From: an uncultured Burkholderiales bacterium
GTDB taxonomy: Bacteria > Vulcanimicrobiota > Xenobia > Xenobiales > JADMJV01
Direction: 5' to 3'
Length of the DNA stretch: 59,700 nt
NCBI GenBank assembly: GCA_964649085.1
Contig: CAZYPN010000042.1
Span: 1-59,700, forward strand
A model generated the notes under the pieces. The model worked only from the letters and a program-made list of their open reading frames with translations, did no database searches and was not told the origin of the DNA. Every line of letters starts with the position of its first letter. Positions within the stretch are counted from its first letter, which is position 1. The translations under genes and the position numbers were made by a program. Below, piece by piece: positions 44,581 through 54,809 of this stretch.

Positions 44581-46425
44581 TTGCTTCATAAGCTAAGAAA
44601 GATCATCCCTTGGAATCTCAAGGTGAAAGCAATTGGTTTGGCCCTCTTGTTTCTGGGCTCTGCGCTCTGCGAATTTCTTGGCGTCGCCTCATTGCTCCCC
44701 TTCATGAGCCTGGCCTGTAACCCAAATTTGGTGGAGCATTCGGAAAATTTTCGCAGGCTTTACGAACTTTCCGGCCTGACGCAACCGCTCCATTTTGTCT
44801 ACCTTGCTGGCTTCGCCGCGCTTGCAATCCTTACTTTTAGCAACTTCTTTTCGGCATTGTCAACCTGGCTGAGTTTGGTGTATGCAAGCATGTTGCAGCA
44901 CGAGCTTTGTTCAAGCTTGATTAAGCGCCTGATGTCCAGGCCTTACAGCTGGTATCTTCATCAGAACACGATTCATTTAGCAAAGACTGTGGTGACCGAG
45001 GCCAGCCAGCTCTCCTGGGGGTTCGTGCTTCCAGCGTTGAGGTTGTTGTCTCGGGCTTCGGTAGCCTTACTCGTCTTGGTGGGCTTGATTTGGGTCAATA
45101 GCCTGGTGGCCCTTGCGATAGCCGCCACCTTAGGCACGCTCTACGCAACTGTTTTTGCTCTTGGAAAGAACAAGCTTTCCCTGATTACTCGAAGTCGTCT
45201 TGAGAGCGATCAGCGGCGATCAAAGGCGGTTCACGAGTGTCTGGGGGCTGTAAAGCCATTGAAGGTGTTGACCCGAGAAGCGTTCAGTATCCAGGAATTT
45301 TGTCGCCACTCAAAAGACTCATCTGACCTGCTGTGCGAACACCTTTCGTTTGCCGAACTGCCTCGATATTTTCTCGAGACATTGGCTTTTGGTTGCGTTA
45401 TTCTCGTCGTATTGGCCCTTCTCTCCTCACATGGGAGCATGACGGAGATTGTTCCAACCGTGAGCGTGTTTACGCTTGGCGCATACCGGATGATGCCGGC
45501 TTTGCAACAGGTATTCTCGAACTTAACCATCGTCCGTTTGAACCAGCCAATCCTGGACCTGATCCACACTCTGTATTTTCCTTCGCCTGCCGTAGAAGAA
45601 GAAAGTCTTGAGCCGGGTCACGATCATCTTGATTTTCACGATATGTTGCGCATGAATTCAATTTCTTACACTTATCCTGGCAACGAGACCTCAACCTTGC
45701 AAAATGTAACCATTGATGTCAAGAAGAACGCTTCCGTAGCTCTTGTGGGGACAACCGGAACAGGGAAAACCACGACAGTAGATATCCTCTTGGGATTATT
45801 AGAGCCCGACCAGGGCCACATTGAATTGGATGGCGTTCCTTTAAGCTCTGAAGACATTCGAAGGTGGCGGCGGGCTATAGGTTATGTCCCGCAGGACATT
45901 TACCTGGTGGACGATACGGTAAAGGCGAACATCGCTTTCTCTGTGCCGTTATCGGAAATCAACTTGGAGGCAGTCGAACGTGCGGCAAGAATTGCAAGAA
46001 TTCACGACTTCATAGTCTCAGACCTGCCTCACGGCTACGATACCCTTGTAGGTGAACGTGGAGTCCGGCTTTCTGGTGGACAGCGTCAACGGATAGGGAT
46101 TGCCAGGGCGCTTTACCACGATCCCGGGTTCCTCGTGCTAGATGAAGCGACCAGTGCACTCGATGGCGCTACCGAGACAGCTGTAATGGAAGCCGTCCAA
46201 GAACTCTCCGGAACGAAAACGATGGTAGTAATCGCCCATCGTCTGGCCACGGTGAAGTTGTGCAGTTGCATTTACTTCCTTCAGGAAGGGCGTGTCTGCG
46301 ATCAGGGCACCTATGAAGAACTCATCGAGCGGAACTCTTCATTTCGCGCAATGGCCGCCGAAACTGAGCGCTCCTCGCCTCCCGGTAATGGTCGCTCGGC
46401 CTCGGTTCGTGAAGTCAACTTGTAG
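44581..46425 (+). CDS. ABC transporter, fused permease/ATPase (type I exporter, MsbA-like)
   Basis: 6 TM helices then Walker A GTTGTGKTT, signature LSGGQRQRIGIARAL, Walker B FLVLDEATSALD; TTG start uncertain. Confidence 0.85.
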   Translation: MLHKLRKIIPWNLKVKAIGLALLFLGSALCEFLGVASLLPFMSLACNPNLVEHSENFRRLYELSGLTQPLHFVYLAGFAALAILTFSNFFSALSTWLSLVYASMLQHELCSSLIKRLMSRPYSWYLHQNTIHLAKTVVTEASQLSWGFVLPALRLLSRASVALLVLVGLIWVNSLVALAIAATLGTLYATVFALGKNKLSLITRSRLESDQRRSKAVHECLGAVKPLKVLTREAFSIQEFCRHSKDSSDLLCEHLSFAELPRYFLETLAFGCVILVVLALLSSHGSMTEIVPTVSVFTLGAYRMMPALQQVFSNLTIVRLNQPILDLIHTLYFPSPAVEEESLEPGHDHLDFHDMLRMNSISYTYPGNETSTLQNVTIDVKKNASVALVGTTGTGKTTTVDILLGLLEPDQGHIELDGVPLSSEDIRRWRRAIGYVPQDIYLVDDTVKANIAFSVPLSEINLEAVERAARIARIHDFIVSDLPHGYDTLVGERGVRLSGGQRQRIGIARALYHDPGFLVLDEATSALDGATETAVMEAVQELSGTKTMVVIAHRLATVKLCSCIYFLQEGRVCDQGTYEELIERNSSFRAMAAETERSSPPGNGRSASVREVNL

Positions 46426-46577
46426 CCCGGCAGCGCCTTTCCCCGCACAACTTGCTTCGGGGAGGAGTGCCTCAAGCAACGGTCAAATGATTTGCGACCT
46501 AGCAACTCATGGGACCAACCTGAAGCAGGCATTCTGCAACACACTGGCTTCGGCCACAATATGATTGAAGGTGAACC

Positions 46578-47516
46578 TTGAATAAACGTGATCGAGTGGT
46601 AGTCTTGGGTGCAGGCGGACTGGTGGGCTCGGCTTGTGTCCGACTGTTTCGAAATGAGGGCCTTTGTGATGTCCTGGCTGCAACCCGCCAGCAAGTCGAT
46701 CTTACAGATCAACTCGCTGTGAGAGACTACTTCGCCCGGGTTCGACCAGACTACGTCTTGATGGCCGCGGGAAGAGTAGGGGGCATCATTGCGAACTCTA
46801 GCTATCCTTGGGACTTTATCTATGACAATAGCGTGATGGCAGCCAATGTGCTGGATGCCTGCCGCCGACATCACGTCAGAAAAGTTCTTATGCTAGGCTC
46901 GAGTTGCATTTATCCGCGCCTCGCGCCCCAACCTATCAGGGAAGAATCGTTGCTATCGGGTGCGCTCGAACCCACGAATGAGTGGTATGCCGTAGCCAAA
47001 ATTGCAGGAATAAAAATGGGGCAAGCTCTTGCCCGGCAACACGGGCTATCAGTAATCGCAGCGATGCCCACAAACCTTTATGGGCCCGGGGATAATTTTC
47101 ATCCTACTCACTCTCACGTTATACCAGGTCTGATTCAAAGGTTTCATTCGGCTTGCCTGTCAGGTGACAAAAGTGTGGAGATCTGGGGCTCGGGGAAGCC
47201 TCGACGAGAGTTTCTTCACGTTGACGATCTTGCACGGGGCCTCTTCTTGCTGATGAAGGAATACAACGATCAGTCGATCATCAATGTCGGAGCTGGCGAA
47301 GACCTTACCATCGCCGAATTAGCCGAGGCAGTAGCCCAAACGGTGGGCTTCGAGGGCGAAATCGTGTACAACTTAAGCAAGCCCGACGGTGTGCCCAGAA
47401 AACTGATGGATAGCAGCAAAATGTTCGAGATGGGCTGGCGTCCCCAGATTACGCTGAAGGAAGGTCTCAAATCGGCCTATCAGTGGTTCCTGGCAAACGC
47501 GGCACTGCCTCGTTAG
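46578..47516 (+). CDS. fcl: GDP-L-fucose synthase (GDP-4-keto-6-deoxy-D-mannose 3,5-epimerase/4-reductase)
   Basis: VVVLGAGGLVGSA...LGSSCIYP...YAVAKIAG...NLYGPGDNFHP is the typical Fcl/WcaG pattern; TTG start. Confidence 0.8.
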   Translation: MNKRDRVVVLGAGGLVGSACVRLFRNEGLCDVLAATRQQVDLTDQLAVRDYFARVRPDYVLMAAGRVGGIIANSSYPWDFIYDNSVMAANVLDACRRHHVRKVLMLGSSCIYPRLAPQPIREESLLSGALEPTNEWYAVAKIAGIKMGQALARQHGLSVIAAMPTNLYGPGDNFHPTHSHVIPGLIQRFHSACLSGDKSVEIWGSGKPRREFLHVDDLARGLFLLMKEYNDQSIINVGAGEDLTIAELAEAVAQTVGFEGEIVYNLSKPDGVPRKLMDSSKMFEMGWRPQITLKEGLKSAYQWFLANAALPR

Positions 47517-47537
47517 AACCCACTCACGGGATCCACA

Positions 47538-48896
47538 CTATCTCCATTCCGACCTTCTAGGTGCAAAATAGGTCCGTTGTTGCTCGCGTGCACGGATGTA
47601 GACTCTTGCCATCACTAAACCCATCAACAAGGCAAGGCACTCCATAGGCCTGATCAAATAGAAGGTGTCCCCATGGATTCCACTGGCCGACATCACGATC
47701 ACCGCAGTAGCGACGCCTGTGGCCATACCGGCTTCAACCTTGTCTCGAGAATTTCTTACAGCCTGCAGACAATAGCGTATCAGGGCCAACTGCAACCGGA
47801 TAAAGAAGCATAGCCCGATGAGGCCGTGATACAACCATTCGGTTAGGTAAAAGTTGTCGATGGCTCCCAGTTTCTTCCATCCAGCCCCCAGGCCCAGCAC
47901 TCCGCATTGCGGCAGCAAATACCGAAAGAAATGCTGGGCGGATTGAGCTCTACCTGCAATAGACGAACTACCGCTATCGGGCATCAACTCCGAGTCGCTG
48001 AGCCCCGACAGTGTTGCTTGGGTCTCCGGAAGAATCCCGGAGAGTCGACTTTGGAGTGCATCCGGGGTGATGGCCCAGGCCACGAATCCAACCCCCAGCC
48101 CAATGAGCCCCAGAGAAAAGAGTTTGCCCGGTCGAAGCACTAGAATGACGAGCAGGGCCATCACAGCACAGGCAAGTCCTCCTCGACTGCCAGTTGCGAA
48201 AATGGCACCTACGCCTGTCAGGAGAGTGAGTGAAGTACCCAGTCGCCAGAGTTTATCGGTATAAGCATCCCACGCGCCCAGGGAGATGCAGCAAACGATG
48301 ACGATGAATAGGGCGGTCGAGGTCTCCTGGTTCGCAATGATCCCCGAGGCTCTCATGTATTCTGCGTCTGCGGAACGTTCGCCGGCATAGGTGAACATTT
48401 CTAACAAAACGCTGCAGTTCAGAATGGGACTGGCAAAGATCAACGTGCGAATGACCCGGTTCCACGCACACACACTTTGGACTGAAGCACTGCACAGCAG
48501 CGCTACCAGGAAGTATTCAGCACGCTTCGCCAGGTAGAAGACACCCGGGTCAAGTTTCGCCTGGCCCCAAATGAAGAGTGCGCCCAGGTTCCATAGCAAA
48601 AGCTGGGAGCAGTAACTTGTGAAGCCTACCGTTGAATTCTTCCGTTGGTTGGTCTGTGCCACCGTGCGCTGCCCGAAAGACAGGATGAGAAAAGGAACCA
48701 GCAAGTCGGTAAAACGCACCTTTGGAATGCCGAGAAAGTTAAATTCGGGCGTGATCGCAACAGCCAGAGCATAGAGTGTGACCAGCACTGCAGTTTGCTT
48801 TGACTCGGTCGGGGGTGATGCTACGGTTTCCGAGCTTGTCTCTGGGTGTTTCTGGGCTGGTTCAGGGGGAGGAACATTGACTCCGTAGCGTGCCAC
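47538..48896 (-). CDS. O-antigen ligase/polymerase-like polytopic membrane protein (Wzy_C family)
   Basis: About 10 predicted TM helices with periplasmic loop FATGSRGGLACAVMALL typical of O-antigen ligase-family proteins; GTG start. Confidence 0.5.
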   Translation of the reverse strand: MARYGVNVPPPEPAQKHPETSSETVASPPTESKQTAVLVTLYALAVAITPEFNFLGIPKVRFTDLLVPFLILSFGQRTVAQTNQRKNSTVGFTSYCSQLLLWNLGALFIWGQAKLDPGVFYLAKRAEYFLVALLCSASVQSVCAWNRVIRTLIFASPILNCSVLLEMFTYAGERSADAEYMRASGIIANQETSTALFIVIVCCISLGAWDAYTDKLWRLGTSLTLLTGVGAIFATGSRGGLACAVMALLVILVLRPGKLFSLGLIGLGVGFVAWAITPDALQSRLSGILPETQATLSGLSDSELMPDSGSSSIAGRAQSAQHFFRYLLPQCGVLGLGAGWKKLGAIDNFYLTEWLYHGLIGLCFFIRLQLALIRYCLQAVRNSRDKVEAGMATGVATAVIVMSASGIHGDTFYLIRPMECLALLMGLVMARVYIRAREQQRTYFAPRRSEWR

Positions 48897-48900
48897 AACG

Positions 48901-49971
48901 CTATTCGCCCTGTTCGGGAAAAGCGCCAGGCGGGAGTCCCGAAGCCTTTAGTGAAAGCCCCAACAGACTTGCGGCAATGACGAAGGCGAAAAGACGCTGG
49001 GGATTGAGAAGCTCGGGATTCAGTGCAATCCCGATGGCAAGAAGGCCAGACCCGAGGGCGGCACCATAGAGGACGAAAAGCACCTGTTTGGGGCTCAGGC
49101 CAAGATGGCGAAGACGATGGGAGGTGTGGTCACGTCCACACATGCTTATGGGATCACCCAGCGTTTTATAGCGCCCATCAAGGCCACGGGTAATCAAAAT
49201 GAACAAGAAGTCGAACAAAGGAGCGAACACAAGTAAAGCTGCCACCACGGCCGACTTCCATCCTTCCTCGGTCCATTGGCCCAGCACAGTGATTCCGGCC
49301 AAACCAAATCCCAGAAAGAGACTGCCGCCGTCGCCCAGGAAGATGGTGGCTCTCGGGTTGGGAAAGTTGAACATCAGGAAGCCGAAGCTGGATCCGGCCA
49401 GAATCAAGGACACCACGGCCAGGTCGTGCTGCCAGGAAACCCAGGAGATAACAAAAGACGTCAGCCCCGAAATTGCTGCCAGGCCACTCGCGGCACCATC
49501 GGCATTGTCTATCCCATTGAACGAGCTCGAGATGAGTCCCACCCAAAGAAAAGTCAAGACTAGTGCGGGTATGCCCGACCAGCCGAATGCATCAAGATGC
49601 AAGCCGTGCAGCCACAGCCAGCCAGTCACAACGAAAAGCGCGCCCAATTTCAGCCTGGCTGGAACCCCCCAGATATCGTCACAGCAGCCGATGACTACCA
49701 GGAGGGTGGCGGCCTGAAGGATGACCACCAACGAGTCCGACAAAGGTCCTGAGGCCAGGCACCCGATCAGAAACGCGCAAAACACAGAAATGCCTCCCAA
49801 AGTGGGCGTGGGAGCTTCGTGCTGCTTATGTTCTCCCGGGCGGTCCAGGATGCCGAGGCGACGACTCAACGGCCTGATGATGTAGGTCAGGCCAGCAGCC
49901 AAGAACAAGCTGAGCAGGAACGGGGCCATCACGTATCTCAGAATGTAGCTGTTTCCGGCTTCGTAGGGCAT
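48901..49971 (-). CDS. glycosyltransferase family 4, MraY/WecA-like undecaprenyl-phosphate sugar-1-phosphate transferase
   Basis: GCCDDIWGV (DDxxD-like), DNADGAASG (NxxNxxDGxDG) motifs; 10-11 TM. Confidence 0.75.
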   Translation of the reverse strand: MPYEAGNSYILRYVMAPFLLSLFLAAGLTYIIRPLSRRLGILDRPGEHKQHEAPTPTLGGISVFCAFLIGCLASGPLSDSLVVILQAATLLVVIGCCDDIWGVPARLKLGALFVVTGWLWLHGLHLDAFGWSGIPALVLTFLWVGLISSSFNGIDNADGAASGLAAISGLTSFVISWVSWQHDLAVVSLILAGSSFGFLMFNFPNPRATIFLGDGGSLFLGFGLAGITVLGQWTEEGWKSAVVAALLVFAPLFDFLFILITRGLDGRYKTLGDPISMCGRDHTSHRLRHLGLSPKQVLFVLYGAALGSGLLAIGIALNPELLNPQRLFAFVIAASLLGLSLKASGLPPGAFPEQGE

Positions 49972-50080
49972 CGAAGGTACTTTTTAACTTGTTGCCGGAA
50001 ACCTGCTCAAGCCCCAGGTTAGGTTGCGCCTTCGGGAGTGTTCTCTGGGCATCCCGCCGAGAAAATGCACAGACACCTCC

Positions 50081-51976
50081 TTAACGAAGAGTCCCTGACA
50101 CATGGTCCTTACGGTTGGAAATTCTCTGGAACAGCGGTTCAAAGAGGGGTCGCAAGAAAAGTGCTCCTGAGGCTGAAAGGTGCCCCGGGTTTCGATAGAG
50201 GGGAACGCCCTGAATTTCCTCCAGAATCATGCCATCCATCGTGATCAGAGGGGTAGGATCTAATACTTCGAGAGAGGAGTCCTTAGGAAGCCGCTCCAGC
50301 AGTCTTTGGTTTTTTTTCAGCAATTCTATCGAACTTCTGCTCACTCTGGGCCAATGGGCGAAGCGATCGCTATATGCGAGGTTGGCTGGAATGCTATAAT
50401 CTTGGAGGTCTACATCCAAAACAACGATAGGCTTCTTGCCGAATCGTTTGATTTCATCCTGCGTTCTAGCGATGGCGAGGGGGAACTCCTCCAACTCCTG
50501 ATGCACCATCCAATCCGCTGCGAGCAACACTGCACAAACGTCTTTTTGCTTGAGAGATGCCCTGAAAGTTTGGCACCATTTCTGGTATTCACTGGGCGAC
50601 AAAGTCCATGGGCCCTTAATCTTCTGGTAGCCTTGCCAGTCAAGGATGGGAGCCGTTGCAGAGCGAGTAATCTGGTAGCCCCTTACGCCATACTCTTTTC
50701 CAAGGAGGTCCAATACGGGAACTAGAGCCATTGCGTGACTATCACCCCAAATCACGATAGCCGGGCCCGTAGTCGCACCAAAAGGAGCCGGCTCAATAGG
50801 GGCCTCTGATTTCAAGTCGAGGTCGTGAGTGAATGCGATGTCCTTGCGGGCATTGGCGTAGCGTAGGGCCCGCTCGCTCCAGTTGTAAGGAAAACCACGA
50901 TGGAGCCAAAACAGTCCGCCCAAAAAAAACGTAACAATCCCATATCCAAAAAAGAGAATAAAGATACTTTTTCGACTTGCGCAGAAACGTTTTTCGCGAA
51001 AGGGCGTTTCCAGCCAACGCCAAGATAAGTAGGCTAAAGCCAGGCTCAAGCCAACAACCAGCCATTTACGCTCAGTGCTCCTTATAATGGCCGTATAGTC
51101 ACCCAAGGCGATCAAAGGCCAGTGCCATAGGTAAAATGAATAAGAAACTTTACCTATGGCCACCAACCATCGTAAGCACAAAATTCTGCCCGTCATTGAA
51201 GAAGGCCCCGACAGGATTAAGCTCATGGTTCCCAGGCAAGGGCTCAGAGCGGAAAAGCCGGGAAACGGCGTGGACTTCTGGAAATGAAAAATTGAATAAT
51301 AGAGAAGGGTTGCCCCGAAAAGACCTAGGAATTCACGGGACCATCGTCGATGTAACCACTCGTTCGGTGAGGCCACCACCAGTAAACTACCCAGGAGCAG
51401 TTCCCAGGCTCGGGTAGGCAGCAGAAAGAATGCAGGGACGGGCTTCAGAGGTGTTATCAGACAACTCAGGCCAAACGAAAGAGTAATTAGGATAAGAAAA
51501 CACCAACCGATCCTCGCTTTGTTGAAGTTTTTTTGCGAGAGAAGCACCAGCAGCAGAGGGAGTATGACGTAAAACTGCTCTTCGACGGCGAGACTCCAGG
51601 TGTGCAAGAGTGGACGATTTTCAGGGGGAGAACCAAAGTATCCACCAAGCACCACTCGCCAGAAGTACACATTGACAGTCAAAAGAGGCTGCGTCATTAG
51701 GGCCCCACCCAAGTCTTGGAGGTCATCGGGAAACCAGAAGGTGTAACCCAATAGTGCCGTGATCAAGGTCATAACAGCTAAGGCAGGAACTAGGCGCCGA
51801 ATTCGTCGCTCCCAAAACGACAAGAACGAGAAGCGCCCCTCGCCAACCTGCTGCAGCAGGATTCCGGTGATCAGATACCCTGAAATCACAAAAAAAATGT
51901 CAACACCGACGTAGCCGCCAGGACAGCCCAAGTGGCAATGGTAGAAAACCACCGATAGCACCGCAATGGCTCTCAA
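50081..51976 (-). CDS. acyltransferase family 3 (OafA/YrhL-like) with C-terminal SGNH domain
   Basis: GLRAIAVLSVVFYHCHLG...VDIFFVISGYLITGILL; the 5' end has no ATG (track start is TTG); the frame is open upstream to about 52010. Confidence 0.75.
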   Translation of the reverse strand: MRAIAVLSVVFYHCHLGCPGGYVGVDIFFVISGYLITGILLQQVGEGRFSFLSFWERRIRRLVPALAVMTLITALLGYTFWFPDDLQDLGGALMTQPLLTVNVYFWRVVLGGYFGSPPENRPLLHTWSLAVEEQFYVILPLLLVLLSQKNFNKARIGWCFLILITLSFGLSCLITPLKPVPAFFLLPTRAWELLLGSLLVVASPNEWLHRRWSREFLGLFGATLLYYSIFHFQKSTPFPGFSALSPCLGTMSLILSGPSSMTGRILCLRWLVAIGKVSYSFYLWHWPLIALGDYTAIIRSTERKWLVVGLSLALAYLSWRWLETPFREKRFCASRKSIFILFFGYGIVTFFLGGLFWLHRGFPYNWSERALRYANARKDIAFTHDLDLKSEAPIEPAPFGATTGPAIVIWGDSHAMALVPVLDLLGKEYGVRGYQITRSATAPILDWQGYQKIKGPWTLSPSEYQKWCQTFRASLKQKDVCAVLLAADWMVHQELEEFPLAIARTQDEIKRFGKKPIVVLDVDLQDYSIPANLAYSDRFAHWPRVSRSSIELLKKNQRLLERLPKDSSLEVLDPTPLITMDGMILEEIQGVPLYRNPGHLSASGALFLRPLFEPLFQRISNRKDHVSGTLR

Positions 51977-52294
51977 GCCGTCAATGTCAGGCCGATACTT
52001 CAGCGAACCACTCCGACTGGACGTCGTTCGAACTGTCCCCTATACACTTGGCCGTGTTTCTTCCTCGCCGCTAGGAGGTCCTTGCGTCCTGGGGTCAATC
52101 TTCCTGATCAAGGTAGCGTGAGACAGGCTATTATTGATCCTTCAGGGGGCCTGGCAGACCGGGTTTTTGCCGAGAGCCACACTCGAATGCTGGCTGCCGA
52201 CGGGGCGAACCGGTGTGCTTTCGGCAACTGCACCTAGATTCGGTCGCGGCCACCCGATACGCTCCAGGGAGCATTCCCGAAGGAGCAATTCATC

Positions 52295-52663
52295 TTGCTG
52301 CACACCGAATCCCACCAACAGATATTGGAACGAACTCGCATTAAGCTAGCTGCCTGGCGGCAGCGCAACAAGCCGCCCAAGCCAATTCCTGACGACATCT
52401 GGCGTGCTGCCGTGGAGCTCAGCCACCAGCTGGGCTTGGGCACGGTCTCGAGAGAGCTCAAGCTCGACTATGGTTGCTTGAAGCGCAGGGCTTCTGAGCC
52501 AGAACCCGCGCCGGTGGAGTTCTTCGAGCTTCTGGCCGAGCCGCTGGGTTTGGTTCATTCCTGCGTGCTTCAGTTGCAGTCGTCGCGTTGTCAGGCCACG
52601 GTCCAACTTCAGCAAGTTAGCCCGCAGGCACTCGGGGCGATTCTGCGCGAGGTGTTGCTCTGA
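52295..52663 (+). CDS. tnpA: IS66 family ORF1 (TnpA-like accessory protein)
   Basis: 122 aa; position and size typical of IS66 orf1; TTG start. Confidence 0.55.
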   Translation: MLHTESHQQILERTRIKLAAWRQRNKPPKPIPDDIWRAAVELSHQLGLGTVSRELKLDYGCLKRRASEPEPAPVEFFELLAEPLGLVHSCVLQLQSSRCQATVQLQQVSPQALGAILREVLL

Positions 52664-53031
52664 TGCTGCAGTTGACACCACAGATGAGAATCCTGGTGGC
52701 CGTTGAGCCGGTCGATGGCCGCAAAGGCATCGATGGCCTGGCCCAGGTCTGCCGCCAGAAGTTAGCCGAGGACCCCTTCTCTGGTTGTGTCTTCATCTTC
52801 AGGACTCGTCGAGCAACCTCGATTAAGATTCTCGTTTACGATGGGCAGGGCTTTTTCTACGCTCAGAAGCGCCTCTCTCAGGGCTCGTTTCGATGTTGGC
52901 CACAGGGAGCAACCTCGTTCTGCCTTCAGCCTCATCAGGCCCAGACGCTGTTAGCCGCCGGCGACCCCCTGGTCAAGGCTGCACCGTTGTGGAGAAACGT
53001 CGCAGCCAAAGTCCGGCAGGTACCCGCCTGA
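52663..53031 (+). CDS. tnpB: IS66 family accessory protein TnpB
   Basis: RILVAVEPVDGRKGIDGLAQVCRQKLAEDPFSGCVFIFRTRRATSIKILVYDGQGFFYAQKRLSQGSFRCWP matches the IS66 Orf2 consensus. Confidence 0.8.
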   Translation: MLQLTPQMRILVAVEPVDGRKGIDGLAQVCRQKLAEDPFSGCVFIFRTRRATSIKILVYDGQGFFYAQKRLSQGSFRCWPQGATSFCLQPHQAQTLLAAGDPLVKAAPLWRNVAAKVRQVPA

Positions 53032-54675
53032 GTGCCGCGGAAACCCCGTGCCATGGGACGGAACCGCAAGCGAAAGTCCACCTCGAAGAAGTACGATATC
53101 GATCTGGCCGCTGTTGGCCGAGTTGTGGACGTCGTCGGCGAAAGGCCTCTGAATGAAGAGGAGCAGAATCTACTGAAGACCTGCCATCAGGTCCTGACCG
53201 ATTTACTCGTGCGCGAGCCGCGCAACAACGAGAGGTCCGGAGATGTTCTGAAGGAGCTGCAAGAGGCAGCAGAAGCTGTGGGGCCCGGGGACTCCGAAGA
53301 CGCCGAGAGTGAAGAATCTGAGGGTTCCTTTGAAACTGAGTCCAAGCGGCCGAGGAAGGGTGGCAACGGCCGGACACCTCGAGAAGGCTATCCGGCCGCA
53401 GAGGATGTGCACCTGGATCACCCCGATTTGAAGCCTGGCGACCTCTGTCCCTGTGGTTGCGGCTACCGACTCTATGCTACCTCGCGAACTTCGCCGTTTC
53501 GATACTTTGTCGGTCGGGTGCCTATTCATCTCACCTTCTACTATCGGCAGCAGTTGAAGTCGGCAGGTTGTGACAATACCTACACGGCCCCTTTGCCTGA
53601 AGGGGTTGGGCCCGGTCACTACGATGCCACAGCCGTTTCCATGTTCGCCTTGATGCGCTATGGGCTGGGGTTGCCCATGTACCGGCAGGCCGCGCTGTTG
53701 ACCTACTTGGGCGTGCCGATCGCGGCCTCCACCCAGTTCGAAGTCGTTGCCAGAGGAGCTGAAGCCCTCAAACCCATCGGTGAGGAACTCCAGCGCCAGG
53801 CAGCTCAGGGCGATACAGCCTACATCGATGACACCCAGATGACCATTCTCAAGCAGATGAGAACCAACTCCAACCGGACCGGGACTTTCACCACCGGCAT
53901 CATCTCGGTGCGGGAGGCTGTTCAGATTGGCCTTTTCTTCACCGGTGAGAACCACGCCGGAGAGAACATGAAGAAGGTCCTGGAGCAACGCTCGCCCGAT
54001 TTGCCGGCTCTAATTCAGATGAGTGACGCTCTCTCACGAAACTTCAGCGAACTGGACGCCGAGGAGGTCATCGAGTGCTGCTGCCTGTGCCACGGCCGGC
54101 GTAACTTCGTGGAGATCATCCGGACCTTCCCAGAGGACTGTCGCTTTGTCCTGGAGTCCATCGGGAAGGTTTACGCCGTCGACCATAAGGCCCGAGAGGA
54201 AGGGCTGGACCCCCCGCAGAGGCTGGCGCGCCACCAGGAACTGAGCAAGCCCATCATGGACGGCCTGAAGGCGTGGATGGCTGAGCAGTTCGAGCACAAG
54301 AAAGTGGAACCCAACTCAGCACTGGGCAAGGCCATCGCCTACATGGGAAACCACTGGGACAAGTTAACCGCTTTCCTGAGAGTAGCCGGAGCACCTCTGG
54401 ATAACAACGTGGGCGAGCGGGCATTGAAAAAAGTGGTCCTTCACCGTAAGAACTCTCTGTTCTACAGAAACGCTGCCGGGGCTGGGGTGGGCGACCTCTT
54501 CATGAGCATCATCCAGACCTGTCAGCTGAACAAGGTGGACCCGTTCGACTACCTGACCCAGGCGCTGCGACACGCTTCGGAAGTTGCCGCCAACCCGGCT
54601 CAGTGGCTGCCGTGGAGCTACAAGGAGACACTGGTCGCCCTGAGGGACGCTGCAGAAGCCCCGCCGTCGACCTGA
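53032..54675 (+). CDS. IS66 family transposase (TnpC)
   Basis: Zinc-finger CPCGCGYRL; IS66 transposase core (FRYFVGRVPIHLTFYYRQQL... YIDDTQMTIL ... LCHGRRNFVEI). Confidence 0.8.
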   Translation: MPRKPRAMGRNRKRKSTSKKYDIDLAAVGRVVDVVGERPLNEEEQNLLKTCHQVLTDLLVREPRNNERSGDVLKELQEAAEAVGPGDSEDAESEESEGSFETESKRPRKGGNGRTPREGYPAAEDVHLDHPDLKPGDLCPCGCGYRLYATSRTSPFRYFVGRVPIHLTFYYRQQLKSAGCDNTYTAPLPEGVGPGHYDATAVSMFALMRYGLGLPMYRQAALLTYLGVPIAASTQFEVVARGAEALKPIGEELQRQAAQGDTAYIDDTQMTILKQMRTNSNRTGTFTTGIISVREAVQIGLFFTGENHAGENMKKVLEQRSPDLPALIQMSDALSRNFSELDAEEVIECCCLCHGRRNFVEIIRTFPEDCRFVLESIGKVYAVDHKAREEGLDPPQRLARHQELSKPIMDGLKAWMAEQFEHKKVEPNSALGKAIAYMGNHWDKLTAFLRVAGAPLDNNVGERALKKVVLHRKNSLFYRNAAGAGVGDLFMSIIQTCQLNKVDPFDYLTQALRHASEVAANPAQWLPWSYKETLVALRDAAEAPPST

Positions 54676-54809
54676 CAATCACTGGCCGAAAGGACACGAT
54701 GCAGGCTGTCGCTTGACAGTGATTTGTTGCTTTAGTAGGCTCAATGCCATAGTTTTGACTTTCAGAAGGAACCTGAAAACCAACGCCAAAGACACCGGCT
54801 CAAGGGAGA

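Larger units (their letters stand above)
52213..54697. mobile_element. IS66-family insertion sequence (three-ORF organisation)
   Basis: Imperfect terminal inverted repeats gtgt[g/c]ctttcggc[a/c]a[c/g]tg at 52213-52230 and 54680-54697; tnpA/tnpB/tnpC-like ORFs; target duplication not resolved. Confidence 0.65.

Noticed and set aside
53203-53988. 261-aa minus-strand ORF
   Set aside because: Antisense to the IS66 transposase.
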